A stretch of 64,000 nucleotides of DNA. Origin: Squalus acanthias. Lineage: Eukaryota. The translations under genes were made by a program, and so were the position numbers. Where the stretch lies: contig CM059427.1 of NCBI GenBank assembly GCA_030390025.1, positions 132,122,001-132,186,000 on the forward strand, read 5' to 3'. Positions 49,231 to 62,068 of the stretch are shown here, in pieces (position 1 is the stretch's first letter; each line of letters starts with the position of its first letter). The notes below the pieces were generated by a model. That model did no database searches and was not told where the DNA came from. It saw only the letters and a list, made by a program, of their open reading frames with translations.

Positions 49231-50249
49231 TCCTGATAATGCAGAGACCATAAGCATCATTGGAGGAGGAATGGACAATTCACTAGGTTTGAAGAATGTT
49301 CCTTGTTGGGCCTCACTTGTGGAGCAGAGATGGGAGTAAATAACCTGGGAGTGTTTCATACTGGCACTGGGTACCAAAAGCAGAAAATTATTTAATTCAC
49401 CTTTCTGAGCACAAAAATCTGCCGGAAAATCGAAAAGTCAGCAAAGTTTTCCAGTGTACAACGGGTGTGAAATTTCAATCAGCCTCTCTGTTCCAGTCTG
49501 AAAGAAGTGCCAACTAAATGGCCCCTAGTCAGTAGTTCTGTATGTCATTAGACCTGTGATAGTTGCAGATCATGAAGAGCATATTTATTTAGGAAGTGGG
49601 TTGAGACTTAGTGTAATTAATAAAATAATTTAGCATTGATTTTAAGGCTTCTTCGGCAGCACCTCCCAAACCCGCCACCTCTACCACCTAGAAGGACAAC
49701 GGCAGCAGGCGTGTGGGAACACCATCACCTCCAAGTTCCCCACCATCCTGACTTGGAAGTATATTGCCGTTCCTTCATCGTCGCTATGTCAAAATCCTGG
49801 AACTCCCTCCCTAACAGCACTGTGGGAGTACCTTCACCACACGGACTGCAGTGGTTCAAGAAGGCAGCTCACTACTACATTCACAGGGGCAAGTAGGGAT
49901 GGGCAATAAATGCTGGCCTTGCCAGCGACGCCCACATCCCATGAACGAATATCAAAAAAATAATGTCTGGGTCTGTTGTAGACTAATTGATAGAGATTCA
50001 TTGCTATGATTAGTCAACAGCTCCATTATCATTGTATCATGTGATTACCAGGGTGCTAGAAGGTCAACTAGATGGGCTTTGGTCTTTTTCGTCAAGCAAT
50101 TCCTATGTTCCTATTTTAATGTGGATGCAGACTCTCATCTGAATTGGAAACTGTACATATATTTTTGACATAAAATCTCCTGTTTAGTCCACCAGGTGGC
50201 AGCCAAATATACATATAAATGTGTCAAGCATTGCGGATGGAACAGTATA

Positions 50250-50705
50250 GAAGATAGGAGCAGCAGTAGGCCATTCGGCCCCTCGAGCCTGCTCCGCCAT
50301 TCAATGCGATCATGGCTGATCATCCAAATTCAGTACCCTGTCCCTGCTATCTCCCCATATCCCTTGATCCCCTTAGCCTTAAGAAATATATCTAACTCCT
50401 TCTTGAATATATTTAATGAATTGGCCTCAACTGCCTTCTGTAGTAGAGAATTCCACAGGTTCACCACTCTCTGGGTGAAGAAATTCCTCCTCATCTCAGT
50501 CCTAAATGGCTTACCCCTTATCCTTAGACTGTGACCCCTGGTTCTGGACTCCCCCGCCATCGGGAACAGCCTTCCTGCATCTAGTCTGCCTAGTCCTGTT
50601 AGAATTTTATAAGTTTCAATGAGATCCCCTCTCATTCTTCTAAACTCTAGCGAATATAAGCCTAATCGACCCAATCTCTCTTCATACGTCATTCCTGCCA
50701 TCCCT
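50250..50705 (-). mobile_element. CR1 3' fragment
   Basis: YEERLGRLGLYSLEFRRMRGDLIE on minus; absent from the paralogous unit near 57150. Confidence 0.88.
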
Positions 50706-50839
50706 ATGACACAGACGTACACAACAGCAGAGTTGCAGTAAATTGTGGTATATCATCAGGGGCCCAATGAAACAGCACATCGCTGCATGACAATGCTGTA
50801 TCATGGAGTGATACATGGGAAATTCCATACACATAGTAA

Positions 50840-51270
50840 ACACGGTGGCATAGTGGTTAGCACTGGTGCCTCACAGCGCCAGGGACCCGGGTTCGAATCT
50901 GGCCTCGGGTGACTGTCTGTGTGGAGTTTGCACATTCTCCCCGTGTCTGCGTGGGTTTCCTCCGGGTGCTCTGGTTTCCTCCCACAGTCCAAAAATGTGC
51001 GGGTTAGGTTGATTTGGCTATGATAAATTGACCCTTAGTGTTAGGGGGGGATTAAATATGTGGGGTTACAGGGATAGGATGGGATATGTTAGGGGGAATT
51101 AAATACGTGGGGTTACGGGGATAGGGTGGGATATGTGTCGGTGCAGGCTCGATGGGGATTCTGTGTGAGAAAGCAGGGACAGGATACTGGATTTGGATGA
51201 TCAGCCATGATCGTATTGAGTGGTGGAGCAGGCTCGAATGGCCTACTCCTGCTCCTTGTTTCTATGTTTC
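50840..51270 (+). mobile_element. HE1/V-SINE-like SINE plus CR1 3' tip
   Basis: A/B boxes; absent at the paralogous site near 57284. Confidence 0.82.
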
Positions 51271-51520
51271 TAACTCCATTCTAGGGCAGGCTGTTGGGAG
51301 GTACTGTGCAGAGGAGAGTGACTTTCTTAGAAGAGGAATGGAAATTCAGGGAGAGAGGCAAGCTGTGCCTCCTGTTGGCTGGTTCAAGAATGGCATTGGC
51401 CTGGGAATAAGTGGATTAATTGTGTTCTCAGTCAAAGAATGCTGAAGAAGAATCTGTAAAAAGGGAAGAAAACAAATTAGGTAATCAAGAGCTTGAGAGG
51501 AAATCCCCCTAAAATATATA

Positions 51521-52125
51521 GGGCCAGAAATTCAGCGCTTGTCGGGTGAGTACGCGCTGTGTACCCACCTGAAGTACCGCTTTCCTGCATGCACTGCGCA
51601 CGCGCGGGAAACCGGAACTTCCGTTGCCCTGAAGGAAGGGGTTCAGAAGTCAAACGCGTGCGTGGTAGAGGCAGCGCGCACGCAGCGAACTTCGTTTTTT
51701 TTCCCAGGTTTCTCCGTGAGGGTAAGTACGGAGAAGCTGCACTTTTAAAAAGGAGGCGCAAGGCCTGTTTTTAACAAGGTAAGTGGTTAATTAATTACAA
51801 TTTAAACATTTTTTCAACAGGTTTATCATTATTACATATTTTAGAGAAAGGTAAGTTTATTTTTAGCACCGTTAAAAAGTATAATTAATTTTTTCAAAAA
51901 TTTTAATTTTTGTTTAAAGTAGTTAATTTATGTAACTTATAGTTATTTTAAAAATGTGATTTTTAAAAAATTTATTTGAAGTTTAAGTGTAGTTTTGGGG
52001 CCGATCTCTATTCATAGATTTGACAGGTCTTCCTCGTGGGCCCGAAGCACAACAGCAGGCGCGGTAGGTAAGTACGCGCGTGATGCTTGCACCCGCAGGA
52101 AGCCGGAGAGCCGAATTTCTGGCCC
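51521..52125. mobile_element. Harbinger-type MITE (605 bp)
   Basis: 16-bp TIR GGGCCAGAAATTCRGC, TSD ATA; the empty site is present in the paralogous unit near 57535. Confidence 0.9.
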
Positions 52126-52624
52126 ATAGCATTTGGGATCAGATTGTGCTGTTCAAGAGCTTAACACATTCACACAAAATTCTTTTGCACAATTTTAATG
52201 GAAGCCATAACCTATTTATTTTAAACAGTTTACTACCTCCATTACAATAGTGGGCAAAGGAGCTTTAAGCAACCACGTTAACAGAAAGAACTTGCATTAA
52301 TATAGCGCCATTCACCACCTCAGGACGTCCCAAAGCACTTTACAACCAATGAAGTACTTTTGAAGTGCAGTCACTGTTGTAATGTAGGAACCATGGTAGT
52401 TAATTTGCACCCAGCAAGGTCCCACAAACATAAAATAGACAGTGATCAGACATTGGCCCAGAATTTGCGGTCAGCGGCAAAGCGACAGCGCTTACCACTG
52501 ACCTCGAATAAATCTGTCCACAAAGATCCAGCGATCTCTATGGCATGAATTTCAGCTGTCCCAACATTAGTTTGAATCTGGCGCCAAATCAAGCGATTCT
52601 CCAGCATCCAGCAACAGTGATGTC

Positions 52625-54375
52625 ATAGAATCATAGAAAGTTACAGCACGGAAGGAGGCTATTTCGGCCCATCGTGTCCGCGCCGGCCAACAAAGAGCTA
52701 TCCAGCCTAATCCCACTTCCCAGCTCTTGGTCCGTAGCCCTGCAGGTTACAGCATCCCAAGTGCACATCCAAGTACTTTTTAAATGTGGTTAGGGTTCCT
52801 GCCTCTACCACCCTTTCAGGCAGTGAGTTTCAGACCCCCATAACCCTCTGGGTGAAGAAATTTCCCCTCAAATCCCCTCTAAACCTTCCACCAATTACTT
52901 TAAATCTGTGTCCCCTGGTTTTTGACCCCTCTGCTAAGGGAAATAGGTCCTTTCTATCCACTTTATCTAGGCCCCTCATAATTTTATGCACCTCAATAAG
53001 GTCTCCCCTCAGCCTCCTCTGTTCCAAGGAAAACAAACCCAGCCTATCCAGTCTTTCCTCATAGCTAAGATTCTCTACTCCCGGCAACATCCTTATAAAT
53101 CTCCTCTGCACCCTCTCTAGTGCAATCACATCTTTCCTGTAATGTGGTGACCAGAACTGCACGCAGTACTCTAGCTGAGGCCTAACTAGTGTTTTATACA
53201 GTTGAAGCATAACCCCCCTGCTCTTGTATTCTATGCCACGGACTTCACCTGACGAAGGGGCAGCAGCTCCAAAAGCTTGTGATTTCAAATAAAACTGTTG
53301 GACTATAACCTGGTGTTGTGCGACTTCTCACGGCTAATAAAGGCAAGTATCCTTATGCCTTCTTAACCACCTTATCTACCTGGCCTGCTACCTTCAGGGA
53401 TCTGTGGACATGCACTCCAAGGTCCCTTTGTTCCTCTACACTACTCAGTGTCCTACCATTTAATGTGTATTCCCTTTCCTTGTTAGCCCTCTCCAAATGC
53501 ATTACCTCACACTTCTCCAGATTGAATCCCATTTGCCACTGTTCTGCCCACCTGACCAATTTATTGATATCTTCCTGCAGTCTACAGCTTCCTTCTTCAG
53601 TATCAACTACACAGTCGATTTTAGTATCATCTGCAAACTTCTTAATCATACCCCCTATATTCAAGTCTAGATCGTTGATATATACCACAAAAAGCAAAGG
53701 ACCAAGTACTGAGCCCTGCGGAACCCCACTGGAAACAGCCTTCCAGTCACAAAAACACCCATCAACCATTACCCTCTGCTTCCTGCCTCCGAGCCAGTTT
53801 TGAATCCAACTTGACACTTTGCCCTGGAGCATATGGGCTTTTAACTTCGTGACCAGTCTGCCATGTGGAACCTTATCAAAAGCCTTGCTAAAGTCCATAT
53901 ACACTGTATCAGATGCACTACCCTCATCTAGCCTCCTTGTTACCTCCTCAAAAAATTCAATCAAGTTTGTCAGACACGACCTTCCCTTAACAAATCCGTG
54001 CTGACTATCCTTGATTAATCCGTGTCTTTCTATATGAAGATTTATCCTGTCCTTCAGAATTCTTTCCAATACTTTTCCCACCACCGAGGTTAGGCTGACT
54101 GGCCTGTAATTAATCGGTCTATCCTTTTCTCCCTTTTTAAACAAGGGTACCACATTAGCAGTCCTCCAGTCCTCCGGCACCACACCAGAAGCCAGAGAGG
54201 ATTGGAAAATGAAGGTCAAAACCTCTGCTATTTCCTCTTTTGCTTCGCTTAACAGCCTGGGATACATTTCATCCGGGCCTGGGGATTTATCCACTTTTAA
54301 GGCATCTAAACCCTTTAATACTTCCTCTCTCACTATGTTTATTTAATCTACTATTTCACACTCCTCCTCCCTGAT
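52625..54375 (-). mobile_element. CR1 LINE RT region
   Basis: 326-aa minus ORF with NYRPVSLTS, PQGSVLGP, FADDTK; interrupted by a Penelope-end fragment at ~53245-53330. Confidence 0.92.
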
Positions 54376-54900
54376 AGCATCAAGCAGGCTAAGCAGCCAA
54401 TCGCATTGAAGAATTCTCACAGTCAGCAATCCAGGAAGTAAAATGCACAGATTATAAATTACTTTTATAAATTTTACAGGGAGCAAAATAAAGATTGGGA
54501 CATACACATAAGATTAAGGTAGAAGCTGAAATATCATAAACAAACTTTTAAAAATTATTTTATAAACCAAATAATTCTTATCCTATTAATGGAAATATTT
54601 GACATTCCACAAATATAAAATTAGTTTTCCATGGCCAGAACCAAAACATCAGGGAATTTTAAACGTGAGAATGTAGAAGATGCCCATGACCAACCATTCC
54701 CTTTCTCCTGGTTACTCCTAAAGGGGTCCAATAAGGTAGTGTTAGCACAGCAATCACTCTTTTTAGGTGAAGTCCTCAGAGAATTTCCGGAATAAATGTT
54801 GATACAAGTGTTGGTGAATGCTTGACAAAGTGTCCCAGAAAGTCTCCCAATGTGTTTCAAAAGTCCTCTTCAAACCACCAGCAACAAGTGAACAGTAAAA

Positions 54901-56405
54901 GACAGTTTCCAAGACTGTCAATGACCTCATCTCCTCTGGAGATCTTCCTTCCACGGCCGCCTACTCCATAGACCCCAACCCCGCACATCCCACTTTTACC
55001 ACCTTCCCAAGATTCACAAACAGGACTGCCCTGGTAGACCCATCATTTCAGCCTGTTCTTGCCCCACGGAACTGATTTCATCCAATCACGACTCTATTTT
55101 TTCTCTCCTTGACCAGTCTCTTCCCACCTACATCCAGGACTCTTCCGACGCCCTCCAGGACAGCCTGAGGGCGCTCTGTTTCTTCCTTGAACAGAGGCCC
55201 AACCAATCCCCATCCACCACCACCCTCCTCCGCCTGGCTGAACTTGTTCTCATATTGAACAACTTCTCCTTTGACTCCACTCACTTCCTTCAAATTAAAG
55301 GTGCTGCTCTGAGAACCCGCATGGGTCCTAGCTATGCCTGCCTTTTCGTGGGATATGTGGAACATTCTTTGTTCCAGTCCTACTCAGGTCCCTTCCCTCA
55401 CCTCTTTTTCCGGTACATTGATGACTGTTTCCTGCTCTCGCCCTAAACTAGAAAATTTCATTCACTTTGCTTCCAATTTCCACCCTTCCCTCACCTTCAC
55501 ATGGTCCATCTCCAACTCGTCTCTTCCCTTCCTCGACTTCTCTGTCACCATTTCTGGGGATAGGCTATCGACAAACATCCACTATAAGCCCATTAACTCC
55601 CACAGCTACCTGGACTACACACATCCGCCCACCCCACTTCCTGTAAGGACTCTATTCCATTCTCCCAGTTTCTCCATCTCCGTCGCATCTGTTCCAATGA
55701 TGCCACCTTCCATACTAGTGCTTCCAACATGTTTTCCTTTTTCCTCAACCAAGGATTCCCCTCTACTGTGGTTGACATGGCCCTCGACCATGTCTGTTCC
55801 ATTTCCCGCACTACTGCTCTCACCCCTTCCCCGCCATCCCAGAACCGTGATAGGGTTCCCCTTGTCCTTACCTTTCACCCCACCAGCCTTCACTTTCAAC
55901 GGATCATTCTCTGCCATTTCCGCCACCTCCAGGGTAATCGCACCATGAAACACATCTTCCCCTCACCTCCCCTTTCAGCATTCCGAAGGGACCGCGCCCT
56001 CCGCGACACCCTGGTCCACTCCTCAATCACCCCCAACACCCCCTCCCTTTCCCACAGCACCTTCCCCTGCAAGCGCAGGAGATATAACACCTGCCCTTTT
56101 ACTTCCTCCCTTCCCACCGTCCAGGGCCCCAAACACTCCTTCCAGGTGAAACAGCGATTTACTTGTACTTCTTGCAATTTAGTATACTGTATTCGCTGCT
56201 CACGATGCAGTCTGCTCTACTTTGGAGAGACCAACGCAGATTGGGTGACCGCTTTATGGAACACTTCCGTTCAGTACATAAGCGTGACCCCGAACTTCCG
56301 GTCGCCTGTCATTTTAATTCTCCGCTCCTCTCCCAATCTGACCTCTCTGTCCTGGGCTTCTTACACTGTTCCAACAAAGCTCGAGGAACAGCACCTCATC
56401 TTTCG
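54901..56405 (+). mobile_element. Penelope-like element, duplicate of 47306 copy
   Basis: Same junction (gtgaacagtaaaag|acagtttcc), same internal deletions, LVYCIRC...LYFGET. Confidence 0.9.
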
Positions 56406-58859
56406 TAACACTCCTCATAATATAGACGATAACAAAGCACGCCATACTATGCTCACCCTGCAAGCACTGAAAGAAGTGCAGAATTGGCCATAAGACTTCA
56501 TCAGCTTGTTGCTACTGCATTGTCTTGAATCTAGCAAATGCACTGTGTTCTTTTCTTCCCTTCCATCAAGGTGGTTTGCTAAACCTCACCCAAGGGCATT
56601 TAGGTGCCTATGGAAAGGAAGACTTCATTCGTGCAGCATGGGATATTGCACAACAGTGTGCCGCACTAATATAAAGGGAAAAACTGCAAATGCTGGAAAT
56701 GTGAAATAAAAAGAGAAAAAGCTGGAAATACACAGCAGGTCTATCAGCATCAGGAAAAAGCTAGATCAAGCGATGTAACATATGGTAAATGTAAATGCTT
56801 GGGAGCACCATGTGACATTGGACCTGTGGTTCCCAAACTTTCCATCACTGGGGTTTTCCTCACCTCCAGTCTGGGTCTGTTGTCGACTAATTGATAGAGA
56901 TTCATTGCTATGATTAGTCAACAACTCCATTATCATTGTATCATGCGATTACCAGGGTGCTAGAAGGTCAACTAGATGGGCTTTGGTCTTTTTCGTCAAG
57001 TAATTCCTATGTTCCTATGTCAATTTGGATGCCGACTCTCATCTGAATTGGAATCTGTAGAAATATTTTTGTCATAAAATCTCCTGTTTAGTCCACCAGG
57101 TGGCAGCCAAATATACATATAAATGTGTCAAGCATTGCGGAGGGAACAGTATGACACAGACGTGCACAACAGCAGAGTTGCAGTAAATTATGGTATATCA
57201 TCAGCTGCCCAATGAAGCAGCACATCGCTGCATGACAATGCTGTATCATGGAGTGATACATGGGAAACTCCATACACATAGTAAACTCCATTCTCAGGCA
57301 GGCTGTTGGGAGGTACTGTGCAGAGGAGAGTGAGAGTGACTTTCTTAGAAGAGGAATGGAAATTCAGGGAGAGAGGCAAGCTGTGCCTCCTGTTGGCTGG
57401 TTCAAGAATGGCATTGGCCTGGGAATAAGTGGATTAATTGTGTTCTCAGTCAAAGAATGCTGAAGAAGAATCTGAAAAAAGTGAAGAAAACAAATTAGGT
57501 AATCAAGAGCTCGAGAGGAAAGACCCCTAAAATATATAGTATTTGGGATCAAATTGTGCTGTTCAAGAGCTTAACACATTCGCATAAAATTCTTTTGCAC
57601 TATTTTAATGGAAGCCATAACATATTTATTTTAAACAGGTTACTACCTCCATTAAAATAGTGGGCAAAGGAGCTTAAAGCAACCACGTTAACAGAAAGAA
57701 CTTGCATTAATATAGTGCCTTTCACCACCTCAGGACGTCCCAAAGCACTTTACAGCCAATGAAGTACTTTTTGAAGCGCAGTCACTGTTGTAATGTAGGA
57801 ACCATGGTAGTTAATTTGCACTCAGCAAGGTCCCACAAACAGCAATAAGACAATGATCAGACATTGGCCCAGAATTTGCGTTCAGCGGCAAACCAATGGC
57901 GCTTACCACTGACCTCGAATAAAGTTGCCCACAAAAATTTAGCGATCTCTATGGCATGAATTTCAGCTGTCCTGACGTTAGTTTGAATCTGGCGCCAAAT
58001 GAAGCGAATCTCCAGCGTCCAGCAACAGTGATGTCATCAAGCAGCCTAAGCAGCCAATCGCATTGAAAAGTTCTCACAGACAGCAAACCAGGAAGTAAAA
58101 TGCACAGATTATAATTTACTTTTTATAAATTTTACAGGGAGCGAAATAAAAATTGGGACATACACATAAGATTAAGGTAGAAGCTGAAATATCATAAATA
58201 AACTTTTAAAAAATTATTTTAAAAACCATGTAATTCTTATCATATTAATGAAACATTTGACATTCCACAAATATAAAATTAGCTTTCCATGGCCAGAACC
58301 AAAAGATCGGGGAATTTTAAACATGAGAATGTAGAAGATGCCCATGACCAACCATTCCCTTTCACCTGGTTACTCCTATAAGGTGTCCAATAAGGTAGAG
58401 TATCACAGCACTCACACTTTTTAGGTGAAGTCCTCAGAGAATTTCCAGAATAAATGTTGATATGGGTATTGGTGAAGTCTTGACAAAGTGTCCCAGAAAG
58501 CCTCCCCTTCTGCTTCAAAAGTCCTCTTCAACCTCCAGCAGCAAGTGAACAGTAAAAGGTGATATATCTTGAAGTAGTGCTTGTAATCCTCTGCAATGAC
58601 TAGTTTACTCCCAAGCAGCTGGTTGCTGTTAGGAGAGGGCATTAGTTCAAGTGCTAGCCAGCAAAATGATGTGCAGCCACCTTAATGAGGGCTAGAAGGC
58701 AATTTAAGTGGCAATCATCTGCTTAGCGCTCCTCTGGGCGGCCATTCCTAGCGCAACCTTCAACTCCTTTACCAAGATTGCGTCTTGCGCTAACCGTGGG
58801 CTAAACCAGTATTTCAGCTTAAGACCCCATCTTGGCTACCTTGGAGGCTCTTTAGTGCC

Positions 58860-59285
58860 TAAAGTATCCAGAGAAAATCGCCTTCCCCGCAATCCTCCAG
58901 TCCTCTGGCACCACTCCCATATCTAAGAAGAATTGGAAGATTGTGGCCAGAGCCTCCACAATTTCTACCCTTACTTTCCTTAGAAATCTACGTTGCATCC
59001 CATCTGGACTGGGTGACTTTTCTACTCTGAGAACATCCAACCTTATATATATCCTATCCAATTTCTCTACTGCCTCTTCCTTTACTGTTACATTGGCAGC
59101 ATCCTCTTCTTTAGTGAAGACAAAGTATTCATTTAGTACCTCAGCCATGCCCTCTGCCTCCCCAAGAAGATCTCCTTTGTGGTTCTTAATCATCCCCACC
59201 CTTCCTTTGATTACCCTTTTTACTATTTATATGTTTATAAAATACTTTTGGGTTCCCTTTATGTTACCTGTTAATCTATTCTCAT
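58860..59285 (-). mobile_element. Decayed CR1 ORF2 internal fragment
   Basis: MAEVLNEYF...KSPSPDGM...GVVPEDWRIA. Confidence 0.8.
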
Positions 59286-60559
59286 AAGCTGTACGGTCAT
59301 TAAACAAATTAAGTCTCAATTCATCTCCTAGTTGAATATTATAAGGCCCTGCCCTGGAAGTAAACACTAATTGGCAGAAATTCATTAATCTTAGAGGTCA
59401 CAAGAATATAGAATAGGTGATATTGGAATGTGACACTATGATATTGTAGAAGTCTCTTTCTGATGCCATGGTTCAGGGGCATTGTCAGTGGATGGAAGCG
59501 TGGCATTACATTGGACTCAGATGTGATACCTGGGTATTATACTTTGTTGTTGTCATAGGGTACAAAACAGGGAAAACATTTTATTACCAATCACCATCAC
59601 TACTAAAAAGCAAAATACTTCAGATGCTGGAAATCTGACATAAAAACAGAAAATGTTGGAAACACCCAGCAGGTCAGGCAGCACCAGTGGAGAGAGGAAG
59701 GAGGGGTTAACGTTTCAGGTCAATGACCTAGCATCAGAACCGGAAGAGAACTGGCAGTGGAAGATCTGATGAAAGGTCATTGGCCATCACTTTTCACATT
59801 GATGACCAAACGGGGGCACAAGAAAGGAGTATCTAAAACAATCTGGTTAATATTAGAGTGCAATATAACTTCAGGCACTAAATCTGCTTTGGCCAATATG
59901 ATGTAGTTAACTCCAAAACTGAAGTTCATCTCTGTTTTCACTAATAATCTATGAAGATGTAACAACAGTATTAATTTGCCTGTCAATTTGATAACTTGGT
60001 TTCATTCGTATAGACCTGAACTTTCAAACTGAGGCCACTTCACGGTATGCTCTTTGTGAATGCATTTCTGATTTTACTAGAAGTATCAGCCAGAGGAAAT
60101 TTTCATGAACACACTGTCATTGAAAGAAAGAAAAACTTGCATTTATATAGCGCCTTTCACGACCTCAGGAAGTCCCAAAGTGCTTTGCAGCCAATGAAGT
60201 ACTTTTGCAGTGTAGTCACTGTTGTAATGTAGGAAATGCGGCAGCCAATTAGTGCATAGCAAGGTCCCACAAACAGCGACCAGATAACTTGTTTTAGTGA
60301 TGTTGATTGAGGGATAAATATTGGCCAGGACACCGGGGATAATTCCCCTGCTCTCAATAGTGTCATGGGATCTTTTACGTCCAAATATCGCCCTTTACCA
60401 TTTATAACTGGACAGATGGCACCCACAGACCAAAAGATCCCAGAAGACCAGGAATAAAAAATATTACAAGTAATGTACAGATGTGGTAGTCTGAAGAACT
60501 GCCGGTAGGTGTTGTACATTATTCTCACTGCTGAGTAACATCTTTCTTTTTAACTTTAG

Positions 60560-60825
60560 GTTATGGTCATATCTCTCCTTTAACAGTAGGAAGAAAAATT
60601 GTCTGCATGTTCTATGCAACATTCGACATCCCCATTATGCTAATAGTCATCACAGATGTTAGAGACAAGCTGGCAGCTTTGCTTTCCAAAGTTTACAACA
60701 ACGTAAGACAGCGGACAAGAAAGAATATTACTCCACCACCCTCAGCAACACCAACAAGATGGTCTTCATTCAAACAGAGCGTCACAAAATTGGAAACCAA
60801 AGTTACAATAAGGTCTGATCATTAG
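60560..60825 (+). pseudogene. KCNK18: KCNK18/TRESK-like two-pore K+ channel exon fragment (P1 GYG + M2), truncated
   Basis: Polypyrimidine tract + ttag|GT; (G)YGHISPLTVGRKIVCMFYATFDIPIMLIVITDVRDKLAALLSKVYN resembles the TRESK GYG..P.T..GK..CMLYA.FGIP.M..V.TD.GD.LA..LS..YN pattern. Three conserved Gly are replaced (R, D, R) and the frame stops before M3/P2/M4. Confidence 0.8.
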
Positions 60826-61169
60826 AAGTCGTGTGAGAGAGGCCCAGGGTTGATTCTCCCTAACAATTATTCTCCTCCTCCTTGTGCAGATATTCCTGAA
60901 CTCCCATCAACACTTCCTCCATGCAACATAGCTGAAATCAAGATATCAATAATGAGGGGAGTACAAACACAAGTCGACATCCCACCATGTCCCATTGCTC
61001 CAATTTGATCGACCATCAAACACACTTTTAAGTTTTCTTGCCGAACTGGGTCTAAAGCCAGTATTTTAGTTCCTACCTAGTAAGTGATTTGTAAGTGTTG
61101 CAGTACAATGAATAATACTAGTTTATCAATATCAATTCGCTTTACAACATTCTTTGTGTAAATGGGATC

Positions 61170-62068
61170 AGCTTCCTCGTGTACGCTGATGAAATCCGGC
61201 TCTACCTCTCCACCACCTCTCTTGACCCCTCCACTGTCTCTGTGCTGTTCGACTGCTTCTCTGACATCCAATCTTGGATGAGCTGCAATTTAATCCAACT
61301 AAACCTTGACAGTACCGAAGCAACCGTCTTTGGCCCTTCATCACGCTGTACCCTCACCACTGACTCCACCCCCTCCCCGACCACTGTCTCAGGCTGTACA
61401 AGACTGTTCATGACCCTGGCGTCCTATTTGACCCCAAGTTGAGCTTCTGATCTTATATCCTATTTATCACAAAGACTGCCTATTCCACCTCTGTAACGTC
61501 ACCCACCTCCACCCGTACCCATCGATTCTGCTGCTGAAACCCTCATCTATGCCTTTGTCACCTCCAGACTTGACCATTCCAATTACCTCTAGGCCAGCCT
61601 CCCATTGTCCACCCTTCAAAATCTTCAGCTCATCCACAACTCTGCTGCCTGTATCCTATCCCACACCAAGTCCCACTAACCTATTATCCCTGCCTTTGTT
61701 GCATTATCTGGCTCCCAGTCCCCCAATCCCTCAAATTTAAAATTTTCATCCTTATGCCCCCTCCCCATCTATGTCACTTTCTCTCACACTGTAACCTCCC
61801 TGAATTCTCTGTTGCTCTAACTCCGGGCTCCCCATCCTTTGGCCCACTATCAGTGACCATGCCTACAGCCACCTAGGCCCTATGCCTAAACCCTCTACCT
61901 CTCCACATCACTCTCCTCCTTAAGACACTCCTTAAAACCCACTTTTTAGACTAAGCTTTTGGTCACCCCTCCTAAACTCTCCTTTTTGGCTCTTGCTTAT
62001 GATCACCTAGGGGGATGTGTTTCCACATTAAAGGTACCATATAAATGCAAGTTGTTGTTGTTGTTGTT
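61170..62068 (+). mobile_element. Decayed L2 3' portion
   Basis: YADE...LDPSTVS...DIQSWMS.N.IQLN; ATAAATGCAAG(TTG)n tail. Confidence 0.82.

Larger units (their letters stand above)
46250..58590. repeat. Triplicated segment (A ~46250-49230, B ~49962-56405, C ~56868-58590)
   Basis: Shared blocks gagaggcaagctgtgcctcc..., ...gtgaagtcctcagagaattt...; unit C lacks the insertions seen in A and B. Confidence 0.92.

Noticed and set aside
49401-49497. Minus-strand relic TM exon (cag|...TGKL...IFVLRK|gtgaat) downstream of the putative C1 pseudo-exons
   Set aside because: Splice-like ends are present, but a TM reading needs several frameshifts; too weak to call.
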